From: Leucoraja ocellata
Taxonomy: Eukaryota
NCBI GenBank assembly: GCA_036785375.1
Contig: JAWMAR010000033.1
Span: 10,292,001 to 10,356,000 of the forward strand
Length of the DNA stretch: 64,000 nucleotides
Direction: 5' to 3'
Every line of letters begins with the position of its first letter. The first letter of the stretch is position 1. The translations under genes and the position numbers were made by a program. The notes below the pieces were generated by a model. It was not told the origin of the DNA, did no database searches, and saw only the letters and a program-made list of their open reading frames with translations. Shown here piece by piece: positions 1 to 13,400 of the stretch.

Positions 1-94
1 TTAAGTTCCTGCAACCTCTATTCGTTATAATTTCCTTGGTTGAATCTGCTGCTTACTGTACATCAGGAATGCCTGCCCAACAGGGACTGTCCAG

Positions 95-690
95 TTTAGT
101 GTATTGTCACGTACACCAAGGTGCAGTGAAAACCTTTTGTTGTGTGCTGACCAGTCAGCATGAAAGACGGAACATGATTATAATCGAGCCATTTATAGTG
201 TATAGATACATGATAAGGGAATAACGTTTAGTGCAAGGTAAAGCCAGCAGAGTCTGATCAAGGATAGTCCGAGGGTCAACAATGAGGTAGATAGTAGTTA
301 GCACTGCTCTCTGGTTGTGGTGGGATGATTCAGATGACTGTTAACAGCTGGGAAGAAACTGATTCTGGAGGTGTGCGTTTTTACACTTCTATACCTTTTG
401 CCTGAGAGGGGAGAAGAGGGAGTGGCCAGGGTGCAACTCATCCTAGATTATGCTGCTGGCCTTGCCGAGGTAGGGTGAGGGCATACATGGAGTCACGGTG
501 GTGGCACCAACACAATATTGCAGTTCCCTGCAGTTTCACTTCTTTTAGGTCGAAGGCAATGATGTGCGTATCTGGAGGGCCAGCGTGAGATTGTGTGTTA
601 ATGAGGGAGGGGCTCGCCCAGGGAGCAAGGGTCAATGCAGCAGCCATCCGTGAAAGCTGGGGTTGGTCAGTTCTGGGGGTCAGTGAGGAT
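95..690 (-). mobile_element. Degenerate Rex1/Babar-type LINE 3' fragment
   Basis: cagctgggaagaaactg..cttctataccttttgcctga..gagaagagggagtggccagggtg is the reverse complement of the HPGHSLFSPLPSGxRYRS..SFFP tail also seen at 24960-25225. The 3' tail recurs near 9845, 19350, 43450 and 63410. Confidence 0.65.
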
Positions 691-1419
691 GTTTACGTTG
701 AAACTTAAACTTACTACACGCTGGTTGGATCTCCATCACACTATCCCACAGGTCTACAGCCAAGCAGTGAAGCAACTCAATGAATCAGCTACCTATTCCA
801 AAGCTTGGTGCATTTGCACTGCCATTCAAGTTGCCCCAAGTCACTGTGCACCATTTAACTTTGCAACCAGCTTTCTCACACACAGTATCTCCAAACTAAA
901 CTAAACGAAACACTGAAAGGAAACAATGTGCTTGCCAGATCTCTGGGCCTTTCAGTTGGAGCAATTTCCCTTGTTTCCTGATAACCGTGAATGCTTTATC
1001 CCCTTCAAGTATTAATCAAATTACGTTATCTAGGAATCAAACATAGGAGGCGGCCATTTGGCCCATTGAACCTATCAAGCCATTTAGTATGGCGGGGACT
1101 AATCCCCAACATTAGACCACATCACCATGCTCCCTCTCCATGCACCTTGAGCTCAGTCAAATATGTTCCAATATTCCTGTAAGCAGTGCATTTCCGATCA
1201 TAGCAACTCATCTTTTAAAAATCTCCCAAATACCTTACACCCACGTTACCAGCAGTAAACTTAATATCCTATCTAATCTATCGGATGTCCTTATAATTTT
1301 TATTAAATCCTTTATCTTATCTGTGCAAAGAAAACTTTTCAGCTGTTTCAGCTTCTCGATACAACTTTTCGGGTTACATGTTACATTTGCACTTTTGTAA
1401 ACACAAAAACACCAATTAC

Positions 1420-4400
1420 TTTCTGTTTCAGAAATAGCTCGCAGGAAATAAGGAGTTCGCCACTAAACCTCTCTCCTTTGAAGGCTGGGTACCAACGGAG
1501 CATGGGAACGTACTGCGAAGAAGAATCCATCGTCACAGTTGGGAAGCACAGGGTCCCGCCCATATATTCATGCTTGCTCTAGAGAAAAATCAAACCAATA
1601 TCAATACAGCTCTTTAATGATAAGCACATTACAAAACAGTCACCAACTGGGACAGAGACAAATTACGGATTAACTCCGATTACTCTGCCAAAGGGCCCAT
1701 CAGCCACTTTGGGGCAAATGACTTCTACCGTATTTGTTTCTCAGCTCCTGTTATTCCAATCAAATAGAAGCCCAAGGTTGAGACTCCACACAACCATACA
1801 CAGAGGGTCATAATTAGCTTAAGTTATTCTTTCCAGTGGTGGAGGGGCAAAGTTATCACTTTTCCCAGTTAGGAATAGTCAATTAATAAAATTACATGGA
1901 CATGCAAGCTGCAATTACTGGGCATGGGTCCGACTGTGTAACTGCCTTGCGTGGACTGGAACTAAACAACTGGCAAGAACATATATTAGAATTACACAGC
2001 CGTTGAGCTGAAATGGATCTGAAATGCCCAAAAGGTGAAGCAAATCACAAATGCATGACTGGGGAACTTTTCTTTATTATCCATTTTGCTGATCATTTGG
2101 CTTTAATCAACATTTACTGCAGTTAGTGCAAGGGAGTAAGAAGTCAGAAGACTGAGGCACACCAACTCAAATCTTCAGTCAACACCGTACTATTTACAGA
2201 GTGCCTCATGCAACTGTGGGTAGTGTCTACCTTTAGTAGCCCATCTGTTATGGTTGGTGTGATTCTGCAGCAATTACACGGCATTGCATCCATCAACCTG
2301 ATGCAGGCCCACTCTGCAGTAGATCTGTCAGCACATGTGAATAGGGTGATTTTTCTAACCATTGGAACTGGGGTCTAAAGTAGTGGCATCAGTTAAGATA
2401 CAAAAACAAGAAACTGTTGAGAGACACAAGGTGCTGGAGTAACTCTGTGGGTCAGGCAGCATCTCTGGAGAAAAAGGATAGGTGACATTTCAGGTCGGAA
2501 CTCTTCTTCGGTCCAGAGATGCTGCCTGACCCGCTGAGTTACTCCAGCACCATGTGACTACCTTTGGTATAAACCAGCATCTGCAGTTCCTTTCTATCAC
2601 AAGAATGCTGGTTTACCAAGGGAATGACACAAAATGCTGGAATAACTCAGCAGGACAACCCCGAGGAAGGGTTTTGACCCGTAACATCACCTATCCAAGT
2701 TCTCCACGGATGCTGCCTGACCTGCCGAGTCAAAACATAGAATCATTTTCAAATTCTTAAAAAATGTAGCTTACCACACGATTACTGTCAAACATCTCCA
2801 GCATGATGTATGGCGGGTTTTCCACTAGTTCCCTGATGTTGCCATAGATTTCAATGTCCTCAACTATCAACGTTTGGTCCCAGGTTGGATTCACTGTCCC
2901 TTTGATAGCATCTGTCTTTCTGCTCTGGTACAAGAATGACATCTGGACATAAGGATCTGAAACAAAATTCAAATTCAAACCCAGTAGGGTGGATAGTCAG
3001 AGTCTACTTTCCAGGTTGGAAATATCAGATAGTAGAGAGCCTAGCTAGACAACGAGAGGAGGAAAGATTAAAGAAGATGTGCCTGGCATTTTCTTTTAAA
3101 AACACACACAGAGGTATGTGCCGGAATATACATGTTCTGTTAAAACATATAAAGTAGACAATTCCCTGTGTTACCAAGATTCAAGAGAGTTTATTGTCAT
3201 GTGTCCCTGACAATGAAATTCTTGCTTTGCTTCAGCACAACAGAACATAGTAGGCATGACTACAGAACAGATCAGTGTGTCCATATACCGTTATATAAAT
3301 ATATACACACATGAATAAATAAACTGATAAAGTGCAAATAACAGACCATAAATGGCACGCACATGCATGCTCTCTCTCTCTCTCTCTCTCTCTAATGATA
3401 TAACTACGCCTCCAATTCAATAGTTGCTACTCTGCATTTCGTATTAATGTCCTAACCTGCAAAGCTGCTCCTGTCAGTGGGAAGCAAACCTCTTGCTTGA
3501 TAGATGTAGCCACGTAACTGGAAAGCCAGAGGAGCTGCACGAAAAGACGGAAAATAACACTGGTTAGGAGGATCATTTGGGTTTTCCCCGTCACCGTGAA
3601 GCAATCATTTCTACCCTCAAAATCTACTGAATTTGAGGAAACTTTGGTAATGCTTGTGATGTACATTGCTCTGAGACTCGTTGCCCCATCCAAGCAGTAC
3701 ATTACAAATAACTGTCAATTTCTGCTCAATTAATTTTAAAAGATCTGTGCAAAAATGTAACTTAATGTTTGACCAACTCTGCCCCTGCTCTTTTGTATTG
3801 GTTCAAGACAGAAGGAATTTCATCACTGCCCGAAGAAACTGACTTCCCCACTCAGCCTTTGGATCAGCCTTGGGGATAATACTACGCTTTAGACCCAAGC
3901 AAAGAGATAAATAGGCAAGAGCTTTTTGTATTTTTTTTAAAGGAACATGATTTACATTTCCACAGTCACTTTAAAGGGCCTGTCCCACTTAAGCGAGTTT
4001 TTCAGCGACTGCCGGCACCAGTCATAGGTCGCTGAAAATTTCCAACATGTTGAAAATTCAGCGGCGACCAGAAAGACACTATGACTCTTTGGGTGACTAG
4101 GAGACTACGCACGACCATACAGGCGACCCCTGGCAATATGTCGCGGGTGTCACCAGGGGGCATGTTGCCAGGGGTCACCTGTATGATCATGAGGGGTCGC
4201 CTGTATGGTCGTGAGAGGTCTCCTTGTCACCCAAAGAGTCGTAGCGTCTTTCTGGTCGCCACTGAATTTTCAACATGTTGAAAATTTTCAGCGACCTATG
4301 ACTGGTGCCGGCAGTCATCGAAAAAGTTGCGTAAGTGGGACAGGCCCTTTACAAACTCTAGCTATGGTAACATTTTTCATAGTCAACAAACTGATATAAA

Positions 4401-7400
4401 GGTGCAGTGCAGGAAATGGCAGTCACTTTACACACAGTAATAATGATCTTAACAGCCTTGGTTGTGGGGTAAATACTGGACCGGGAGAACTTATAATGTT
4501 CCCAAATTGTTCAAAATAGTGAGCTTTTCAATTTGCCATTTTGTGCTGAGGTAACTGTAGTGTCAATTGTCAAGTGTCAATAGGGACAATTGCCATCGCC
4601 AGCCGGGGGCTTTGACTTTGACTCTGACATCGGGGGGGGGGGGGGGGAGAGTGCAGTGGAGAGATAAGTTTATTTGGCCTTCCATCACAGCGATGTGATG
4701 GATGTTTATGTAAATTATGTTGTGTCTTGGGTCTATTTGTTTGTAATGTATGGCTCAAGAAACGGCATTTCGTTTGGACCTCAAGGGGTCCAAATGACAA
4801 TTAAATGTATCTTGTATCTTGTATCTTGTCACATTCAAGGTAGCACTGTGCGGGAGAGTTGATGGGAATTTTGTGCTTAAATCTCTGGTGTGAGATTGAA
4901 CTTGTCACCCAGCGGCAAACGTGCTGAATAATGATGGCTGACATATGAACTAGTTTAAACTCACAGTCCAGGAGACATGTTACAAAAGGAGCGGTCGATC
5001 CATAAAGGTTGATATTTTCATTTGGCTTCTCTCTAGCTACAAACTCATCCTCCTCCACACTCACGTGGTCATGACACTGAAAGAAAAAGAGCCCTAGAGT
5101 CATTGGTAGACAAAACTGCTGGAGAAACTCAGCGGGTGCGGCAGCATCTTTGGAGCGAAGGAAATAGGCTACCCATGCACCTGTCAAAATGTCTTTAACA
5201 GTCAGCATTTTAATCACTTCCAAGCTTCCACTGACAGCTCGTTCCACATTCACAACACCCTCTGCATGAAGAAATTGGCCTTCGGGTCTCTTTTCAATCT
5301 CCCCCCCCTCATCTTAAACCTATGCCCTCTAGTTACACACCAAGAACAATTTTCAGAGGCCAATTAATCTATAAACCTGTACGTGGGGAAGAGAGAGTGA
5401 ACGCTGGCGCGATTAGCTGCCGCTGCTCTCTCTTTGAATTGTGTCTTTGAATTGTGTATTGTTGATGTCTTTACTATTTTATTTTTTTTGTCATTATTTT
5501 ATTTTATTTTTTTGTTTTGTTTCATTCCACTTACAGGTTTTGTATTCTGTTTACTAAATTTTGTAAGGTGTCCTTGAGAGTCTTGAAAGGCGCCCATAAA
5601 TAAAATTTATTATTATTATTATTACGTCTTTGGCATGTGGAGGACCCAGAGGAAACCCACCCAGTCACAGAGAGAACATGCAAACTCCACACAATCATGA
5701 TCAAACCTGGGCCTCTGGCGCCGTGAGGCAGGAGCTCCACCAGCTGCGCCGACCTTGTTATAGTTCTGGATAACCCTCAATGAATCTCGAAATATTTGGT
5801 TGGCGTCACACACAACTATTGTTGCTGCAGTCATGTGTCAGCTACCCTTTTCATCATGAACATTTTTCAATTCATACAAACGCAATAAAAACATACCAAA
5901 GAGCCCTCCAGTCTAAAAATAGATGCTGGCCCCACTTGTTCCGTGGGGACCATCTTCCTCCGCCAACGCCTGCGACGAAAAATATCTCCCTTATTCGGTT
6001 TCACATGGAATTTCCAACCGAATAACGGGGCGTATTCCCAGCCGTCAGGATCAAAGTCTTCTTTCTGTGATACATCAGATCCGCAAATTAGAAACTCTTG
6101 GATTTTAGTGTTCTAGTGAATTAAAAGTAGCATTAGATAAACTGATAGAACAATTCTTGTTTGAAATCCTCAACACGGGCAAAGGGAGAAAGATAAATTA
6201 CATGTTTGGAAATGTTCTACAAATGTTTATAGTTGTTGCATTTTGAGCTTCACAAGTAAATCACAAGTAGCAGATACTGACAGTCTCCTGGGGAGCCAGG
6301 ACCCTAACCATTAAAAACACGATCCCTCCAAAATAAATATCAGTATACAAGGACTACTGAATACTCCACAAATCCGAATCAAGAGTCCCAAATTAAGGAG
6401 ATATTACACTGGTGAATTGAACAATATCAGGCCTCAGATGTAATGCTGAGGAAGACCAACACATCAATCTCAATATCAAGCCATTCCAAAATGCTTCACT
6501 GTCAAGTATATCACCATACTGTTGTACAGCAGGAAACAGAGTAGTCAATTTGAATACTGTAATATCCCATCAACAGAAATGAAATAATACTTTAAAGATG
6601 GAAGGGGGGATCATTACTGGCTAGGCAACTCCTCTGCCCTTCTTTGGAGGGTGTTGGGATCTTCACGTTATACTATGGAGTCTTTTGTGTTCACCTGAGG
6701 GTGCAGACAGGGTCTCAGCTTAAGCCTGGAACCCCAGTCCAAATTCCCAAAGCTACTTTGGAGTACACGGGACACAAAACACAGGAAAGTACAGTGCAGG
6801 AACAGGTCGTCTGGCCCACAGTGCTGAACTAACGCAGTAATTAATGCAATTAATAAGTTTTAAATTCTAATATCGAGTCTGGTGATCCCGCACCTTAACT
6901 TGACGAGTGGTGGCCTTCATGACGCGCTTCCGTATCCACCGGCGACGTCTGTGTGTGTGATAGGCTTTCTCAGTGGGATTCCAGGTCTTCGCCATCTTGT
7001 CTGGTGGAACAAAAGTTCCATACTCCCATCCTTCAAGAGGCAGAAAACACATTACAGAATATCCAGTAAATTACCTTTGTTGGCACTTCAGTTATGGGAT
7101 TCCTGAAGATGCAACAGAGGGGAAAGCATGAGATGAATCAAGATGTCTTGGTTGGACGTCAAATTTGGATTGCAATATAGCTTGAATTTTGAGGAAGACA
7201 AAGGAAGGGGCGGGACAAAAATAGTATTTAGGCCCAGAGGCGGTTTGAGCTACAGGAGCAATACACTGGGTCTTTCAGAATAAACACTTTTGCATTTTTG
7301 AAATCCCAATCAAAGTTAGTTTAGGAGATATGTTCACATCATGTTCCCCCCACACAATCATCATCAGAATGACCATATAATTTGTCTTAAAGTTAGCAGA

Positions 7401-10400
7401 ATAAATATTGTGAGCAAGGTACCTGGGGTATGAAATGGTGCCATGGGATAACTTAGCTCCAGTAGACAGAAAGATGTCTCAGTTGAACATTTCAACCTAA
7501 AGGAAGCATCTCCAACAGTGAAGCTGTCCCTCAGTACTGCACTCACATTTGGAAGCTAAATCTGATACTTGAGCACTTGGGTTTGGATTAGATACTGCTA
7601 TTCTAATAATGAAATGACTGTGCAGCGAGGAATGAAAATGTATACGTGCAATCTTCATGGGACAGACAGAATTTGTACTTTCTCCCTTTGACCGCAAAGG
7701 TTTTCTCCAAGTGTTCTGGTTTCCTCCCACACTCTAAAGATGTACAGGTTTGTAGGTTAATCGACTTCGGTAAAATTGGCCGTAGAGTGTAGGATAGTGC
7801 TAGTTTATGGGGTGATCGCTGATCAGACTCGGTGGGCCTGTTTCTGTGCTGTATCTCTAAAGACTAAACTAAAGTCTAAAGAAACTCGGAGAGGGTTGAA
7901 GCAATAAACTAGAAAGGTTCTGACAGCAAAGGGCTAAATTCTGCAAGGGCAATTTTAATCTAATCTACACACTACGAAACAGATGGGATCATTACAATAC
8001 TATTGCGAAACACGTGTCTCTCACAGGACATGTGCCAACTTACCATCTTCATCTACTGCTCGAGAAAAATCTAGATCCCATTCTTCCTTCCATTCCCATC
8101 CATCAGGACATTCAATCTCGTCTATCGATAAGTGTCTATTCCCTTTCTGAAAAAAAAGTTATGCCATACTCCAGAACGGATAATGCTTCCCAAAATGACC
8201 ATCACATTCACGGAAACAACTAAAAACGCAAGGGTTGTGGTGTAGGAATCATGGGCTTCCTGTCTTTAAATATCTAAGTGAGAAGATGCAAGTCTCCCTT
8301 CTCCATCTACTGGCAAGAGTATCTATTTGAGTTGGCACGGTGACCTGGAAGGATGTGTCTGAGGTACTTGTCGAATGGAGATTATGTGTGCAAGTCTGAA
8401 ATCAAATACCGACAACTGAAAAAAGTTTGTAACTCTATCTTGGAGCAGATTAGCAAACTTCTCTAAGCCACGGAAGGTACTTTCTGCATAAACTCAGCAA
8501 CAAATAATCAAATATTGTTTTGGCCATTTACCATTGAGATTGTAGCATCTACATGTAAAGATTTACAGATTTGATATGCCGAAATAATTTAGAAAATAAA
8601 AGGATTCTGTGAAGATTAATTTTCATCCCAATGAGTCAAGTTTTCATTTACAATGACTACCAATTATTGCGAAAACTAACTGGACTTCTTGACATATATT
8701 TGACTACCAGATGTTTAACAATACAAAATGACTTGTGAAACACCTACTGCATCAGTGTACGGGTCAAAAGCTGGACTCCAGTCTCCTCCAGCTAGACTAC
8801 TTTCATTTTCATAAACATCATTTATATATTCACTGTGCCCAGCATCAGAATCAAACAGCAAGCTGTAAAGAGAGGAAGGAACGAGTGAATTCTCACATGT
8901 AAATCACACCTCACATTCATGTCACTCGCTTATAGGTCACAGCCGAGCTGCAATTTAACTCTAACGCAGCATCTGAGCACTCACTCAACAGGAAAAGGAA
9001 TCATGTGAAGTAACTTGAAAGAGCACGAGGTGAATTGTGTTTGTTTGTTTGGGCTCAGGATGGTCATAGATGAAGCAACGTTTGAACTATGGTCATTAGT
9101 TTAAACACAGCTATCTATTTCCACAAAACACGACCCTACCAAGAGCAATGTGATGATGAATGGCTGCAATATGTGATGATTGAGGGACAATTTTGATCAG
9201 AACAGCAAGAACAATTTGGTGAAATCACAGGTCCCTTAATTTTATTGAGAGTTAACTTTGATACTCAGTTTTACAATATAGGAGGCCATTTGGTCAACAA
9301 GATACGTTGGTATTGTAATCATTCACTCTACCCCAATTTCTCTCCACATACCACACTAAGGGGTAATAGATGAGCCAATTAATCAACTATCAGCATAACT
9401 TTCGGATGAGGATAGAAATGGAAGCATCATGAAAAAACCCACACAAACGCCACACAGCACCTGAGGTCAGGATTGAACCGGCCGTGCTGGAGCTGTAACA
9501 CATCCGCTGCCCTTGAGGGATTCACTTCTACATCATCTGACACTAACTGCAAAGCTCATTATAGATTAAACAAACTTACCATTGCTCTGGGTCGATGGTC
9601 CACTTTCCATCCCATTGCCAACCTTTCAGAGGGTGGAAAGCCTTTTTTGAAAGTCGCATTTTACCCATCGCATCAGAAAACGTCGGATGCTGCAGCAATC
9701 CACTGGTACCCCAATGGCCCATTACTTTTGCTTGATTTTCATACTGAAAATTAAAACAGAAAGCATGACTGCTAGGCAGATAAATATGGCTACCATGAAG
9801 ACACAATCATAGATTGTTTAAGTTAGATATGGACCAGGATGGACTTAGTTTAGTTTATTATTGTCACATCTACCGACGTATAGTGAAAAGCTTTTTTGTT
9901 GCGTGCTATCCAGTCGGCGAAAACACTATACATGGTTCTTCCACTGAGCCGAGTTACACGGTATCGGCCAAGGTATCATCTTGAGCAGCTGGCTCAGCAC
10001 ATCTGAAGCCTGCACTCCCTTTATCACTGCAACCAAAATGGATCACAGGTGAAGCACGTCCTGGGCCTCCATTGTAACACTAAATGCCAACAAAAGGCCT
10101 ACATGGTATTCTGTAGGATTATATCCTGATCCACAGAAAATAAAGATTATTTATGTTTTGATGAAGGTCACTGAGCTGAAACATTGAGTCGGTGTCTTGC
10201 TTCACAGATGCTACCTGACTTGCTCAGTGTTTTCAGTCTTGAAGGTTATTCAAGGGATGATGGCTGCACATCTCTCAACCGGAAATGAATTGCTGATTAT
10301 TTTGAAGATAGACACAAAATTCTGGAGTAACTCAGCGGGACAGGCAGAATCTCTGGAGAGAAGGAATGGGTGGCATTTCGGGTCGAGACCCTTCTCTGCT

Positions 10401-13400
10401 AATTATCTTGTTGTCCATGCTTGCAGGTTTCATTGGCTTGTTGAAAGTGTAAATTGATCCTAGTGTGTGTAGGGCAGTGTTAATGTGCGGGGATCGCTGG
10501 TCGGCGCGGACCAGGTAGGCACAAGGGCCTGTTTCCGCGCTGTATCTCTAAACAAAAACTAAACTAAAGACTGCATGTTCTAACTCCTCCTACGATGGTC
10601 TGATTTCCTCACACATCCAAAGGGGGAGTAACAGAAAAACATCATACCAACAACCTGTCTGACACTGAATATGGGAGGGGGGGTGGGTGCTCTCAGCCTT
10701 TCCACAAATAAATGTACTATTTCAGCATTGGCACCGAGTTTGTAAGAGAGGACTGAACTTTCCACCAGTCTCTGAGAACCTCCTCAGAAAACAGCTCCAC
10801 CCTCTGATATCAAGGCACTGAATAATTACATTAGGACATCTATCAGGGTAGTTACAGAACCAAATGATATTTCAGCTGATTCTATGCAACTTTTTCTGAT
10901 AATGTTTTCAAAGATTCGACTTACTCTTTCTGCAGCAACCATAAATTTTCCATCAATGAGCTTTTCAAATTCCTCTTCATCAGAAGACAGCCCCAGCCAG
11001 ATCCATAGGCGGAGATGAGCTGCAATCCTCATTTCATTAATCTTGTCATGGGGGTACTGTCAAAATCGTTTAAATAAAATAGCAATTAATGTTTAGTTTA
11101 GAGATACAGCGCGGAAACAGGCCCTTCGACCCACCGAGTCCGCGTTGACCAATGATCCCCGCACACTAACGCTATCCTACACACGTGACAATTTACAATT
11201 ATACCAAGCCAATTAACCTACAAACCAGTATGTATTTGGATCTGATCTTTAATGGAATTCATTCTAGACGTAATAGTGGCTAAAACAATGGGTTGTCACT
11301 TTATTCTCAGAAGAGAGTGAGGGGGTGATACTTTTGAAAACACTCAGGCAATATACCTGGTAACAGCTACTATAAAAAATAACACTTGAAATCACAGGAG
11401 AAAATTAAAAGAATCATTCTTAAATATCTCTGTCCATCTCAGGGTTACCTACATCGTTATATTTCATCTTCACCATTTATACAGTAGCAATTCTGAATCA
11501 GCTTCAGTAAAATAATAATGGGTGAAATAGTTATTTGATAAAATAAATTTGAAAGTCAAAGCAGCAAAGGGCACAACAGACTGAGGAACACCAACATTTC
11601 TGGGAAATTTTGACCCACCTTCATAAACACGGTTTGTAACTTCCCACAGAATTTCCCACAAGACTTCTTGTCGCTACTCGAAAACAGAACTAAATGCGAT
11701 TTGATCCGAGCGTAAGCAACTCGTTTCTCTCCAGACAGCATCCAGATTATGATGTCAGGTAAGCTTATCTGAGACTGCAAGATCAGAAAAGAATGTACAA
11801 GCTTTTACTTATTCAGTCTGTTGATTTTCCCTTCCCCTTTTCTTATATGTCTCCTAACCTCTTGTGGGGAGCCTGGAGTGAGAGCTCTGGAATATCCTGA
11901 CCACAGACAGCACAATAGCTCAGCCCACCCACCCCCTTGGCACTTTTCACCGCAGTAAATGGATAGCAATCAGCAGCTGGAAACATAGATTGAGGATTGT
12001 TGCACAGGAGGCCACTATTCAATCCATCAACTCTATGATGGCTCCTGGCAGAGTATCCCGAAAACCACAGCTTTTTGTTTTTAGCTCTGCAAATTATTCT
12101 CGAATGCCTATCAGATTCACTTTCTGATTGAATTGTTTGATTCCATCACATTTACTTACAGTGAATTCCAGATCACAACGAGGGTCAGAGTCATAGTGTG
12201 GAAACAGGCCCCTCAGCCCAATTTGACCATGCCGACCAACATGCTCCATCTCCACGTCCCATCTGCCTGTGTTTGGCCAATATCCATCTGAACCTATCCT
12301 ATCCATGTACCTGTCCAAACTAGCCATTGTTACAAAATTTTCCTCACAGCTCCCTCCATTCCCTTTCTTTGTAGACAAAAGGTCACCGGCATACATTTTG
12401 TTCCTTGCCATTGGTACCTACAGTAAATTGTCATCCTATAAGCTGTTTGATTTGTTTAAGGGCCTAATCTCATTAATGCATTTTACTTTTTATACTTTCT
12501 GTAATATTAAAAATTCTAAAAATGTAAAAATCTTGTGTATAACTTTTTTAAGAGGTGCTGATACATTGTCCCATCTCTATCTTCCTTGTAACTAGAACCT
12601 AACATTGTAAATGTGTCCTCTGGTGTTCAACCACCTGCCAGTGGAAATTGTTTTTCCTTATTTATATTTTCAGAACAGGTATTCATTTTTTATCAAATCT
12701 TCTCTACACCACAAGAACAACCCCACCTTCTCCAGTCTAATTTACAACGGAAATCCCGGGAACTGTTCCAGTAAATCATTTTTGTTTTATATGCAGCATC
12801 TTCACATTGCTCTCAATGATATCTGCCTTAAACTGGACACCTTGCTTTGTATTCCTTTATGTTATGGATAGCAAGTTTATGGGCCACTCTCTCAATATGC
12901 TAAACCACTTTCAATGATTTGTGTACATATGCACTCAGGTCTCTTGGTTCTTTTAGAGTCATCCATCGTGTCCCCACCTCTTCAGCTGAAGGGAGCTGCC
13001 CCAACAGTATTTGCAGAGCTGTCGTTATCAATACATTTACATCAATGCTGCAGAATTCAAGTATCAAAATACAGAATAAACTGCCTGACAGTTTGACTGA
13101 CTTAAAGCAAATCTAAACTGAAAGGAAGCTCAGGGAGTTAATTAAATTAATGGTCAGAAAGTCACCAATTTACTTAAAATATATTGTCTGACCTGTTGAG
13201 CATTTACAGCAAGTTCTGTTTGTTTAGGATTAGGATTATTGTGCAATACCTTTAAATCATATAATCCTTCTGCACCATCATACACAGGAGAAGCCAATGA
13301 AAACCAAAATGAAATGCGAAAAAAAAAGTGGCACTTTGTTTCATAAAACTCCTATCTCTGCAAAATCAGTTTAATTATCACTGCACAATGTCTAAAACAA

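Noticed and set aside
1-1419. A further ferlin exon downstream of 1420
   Set aside because: No segment had convincing splice sites and ferlin-like translation. The next exon is probably outside the window or was missed.
4002-4399. Similar short ORFs on opposite strands
   Set aside because: They are mirror translations of a palindromic MITE.
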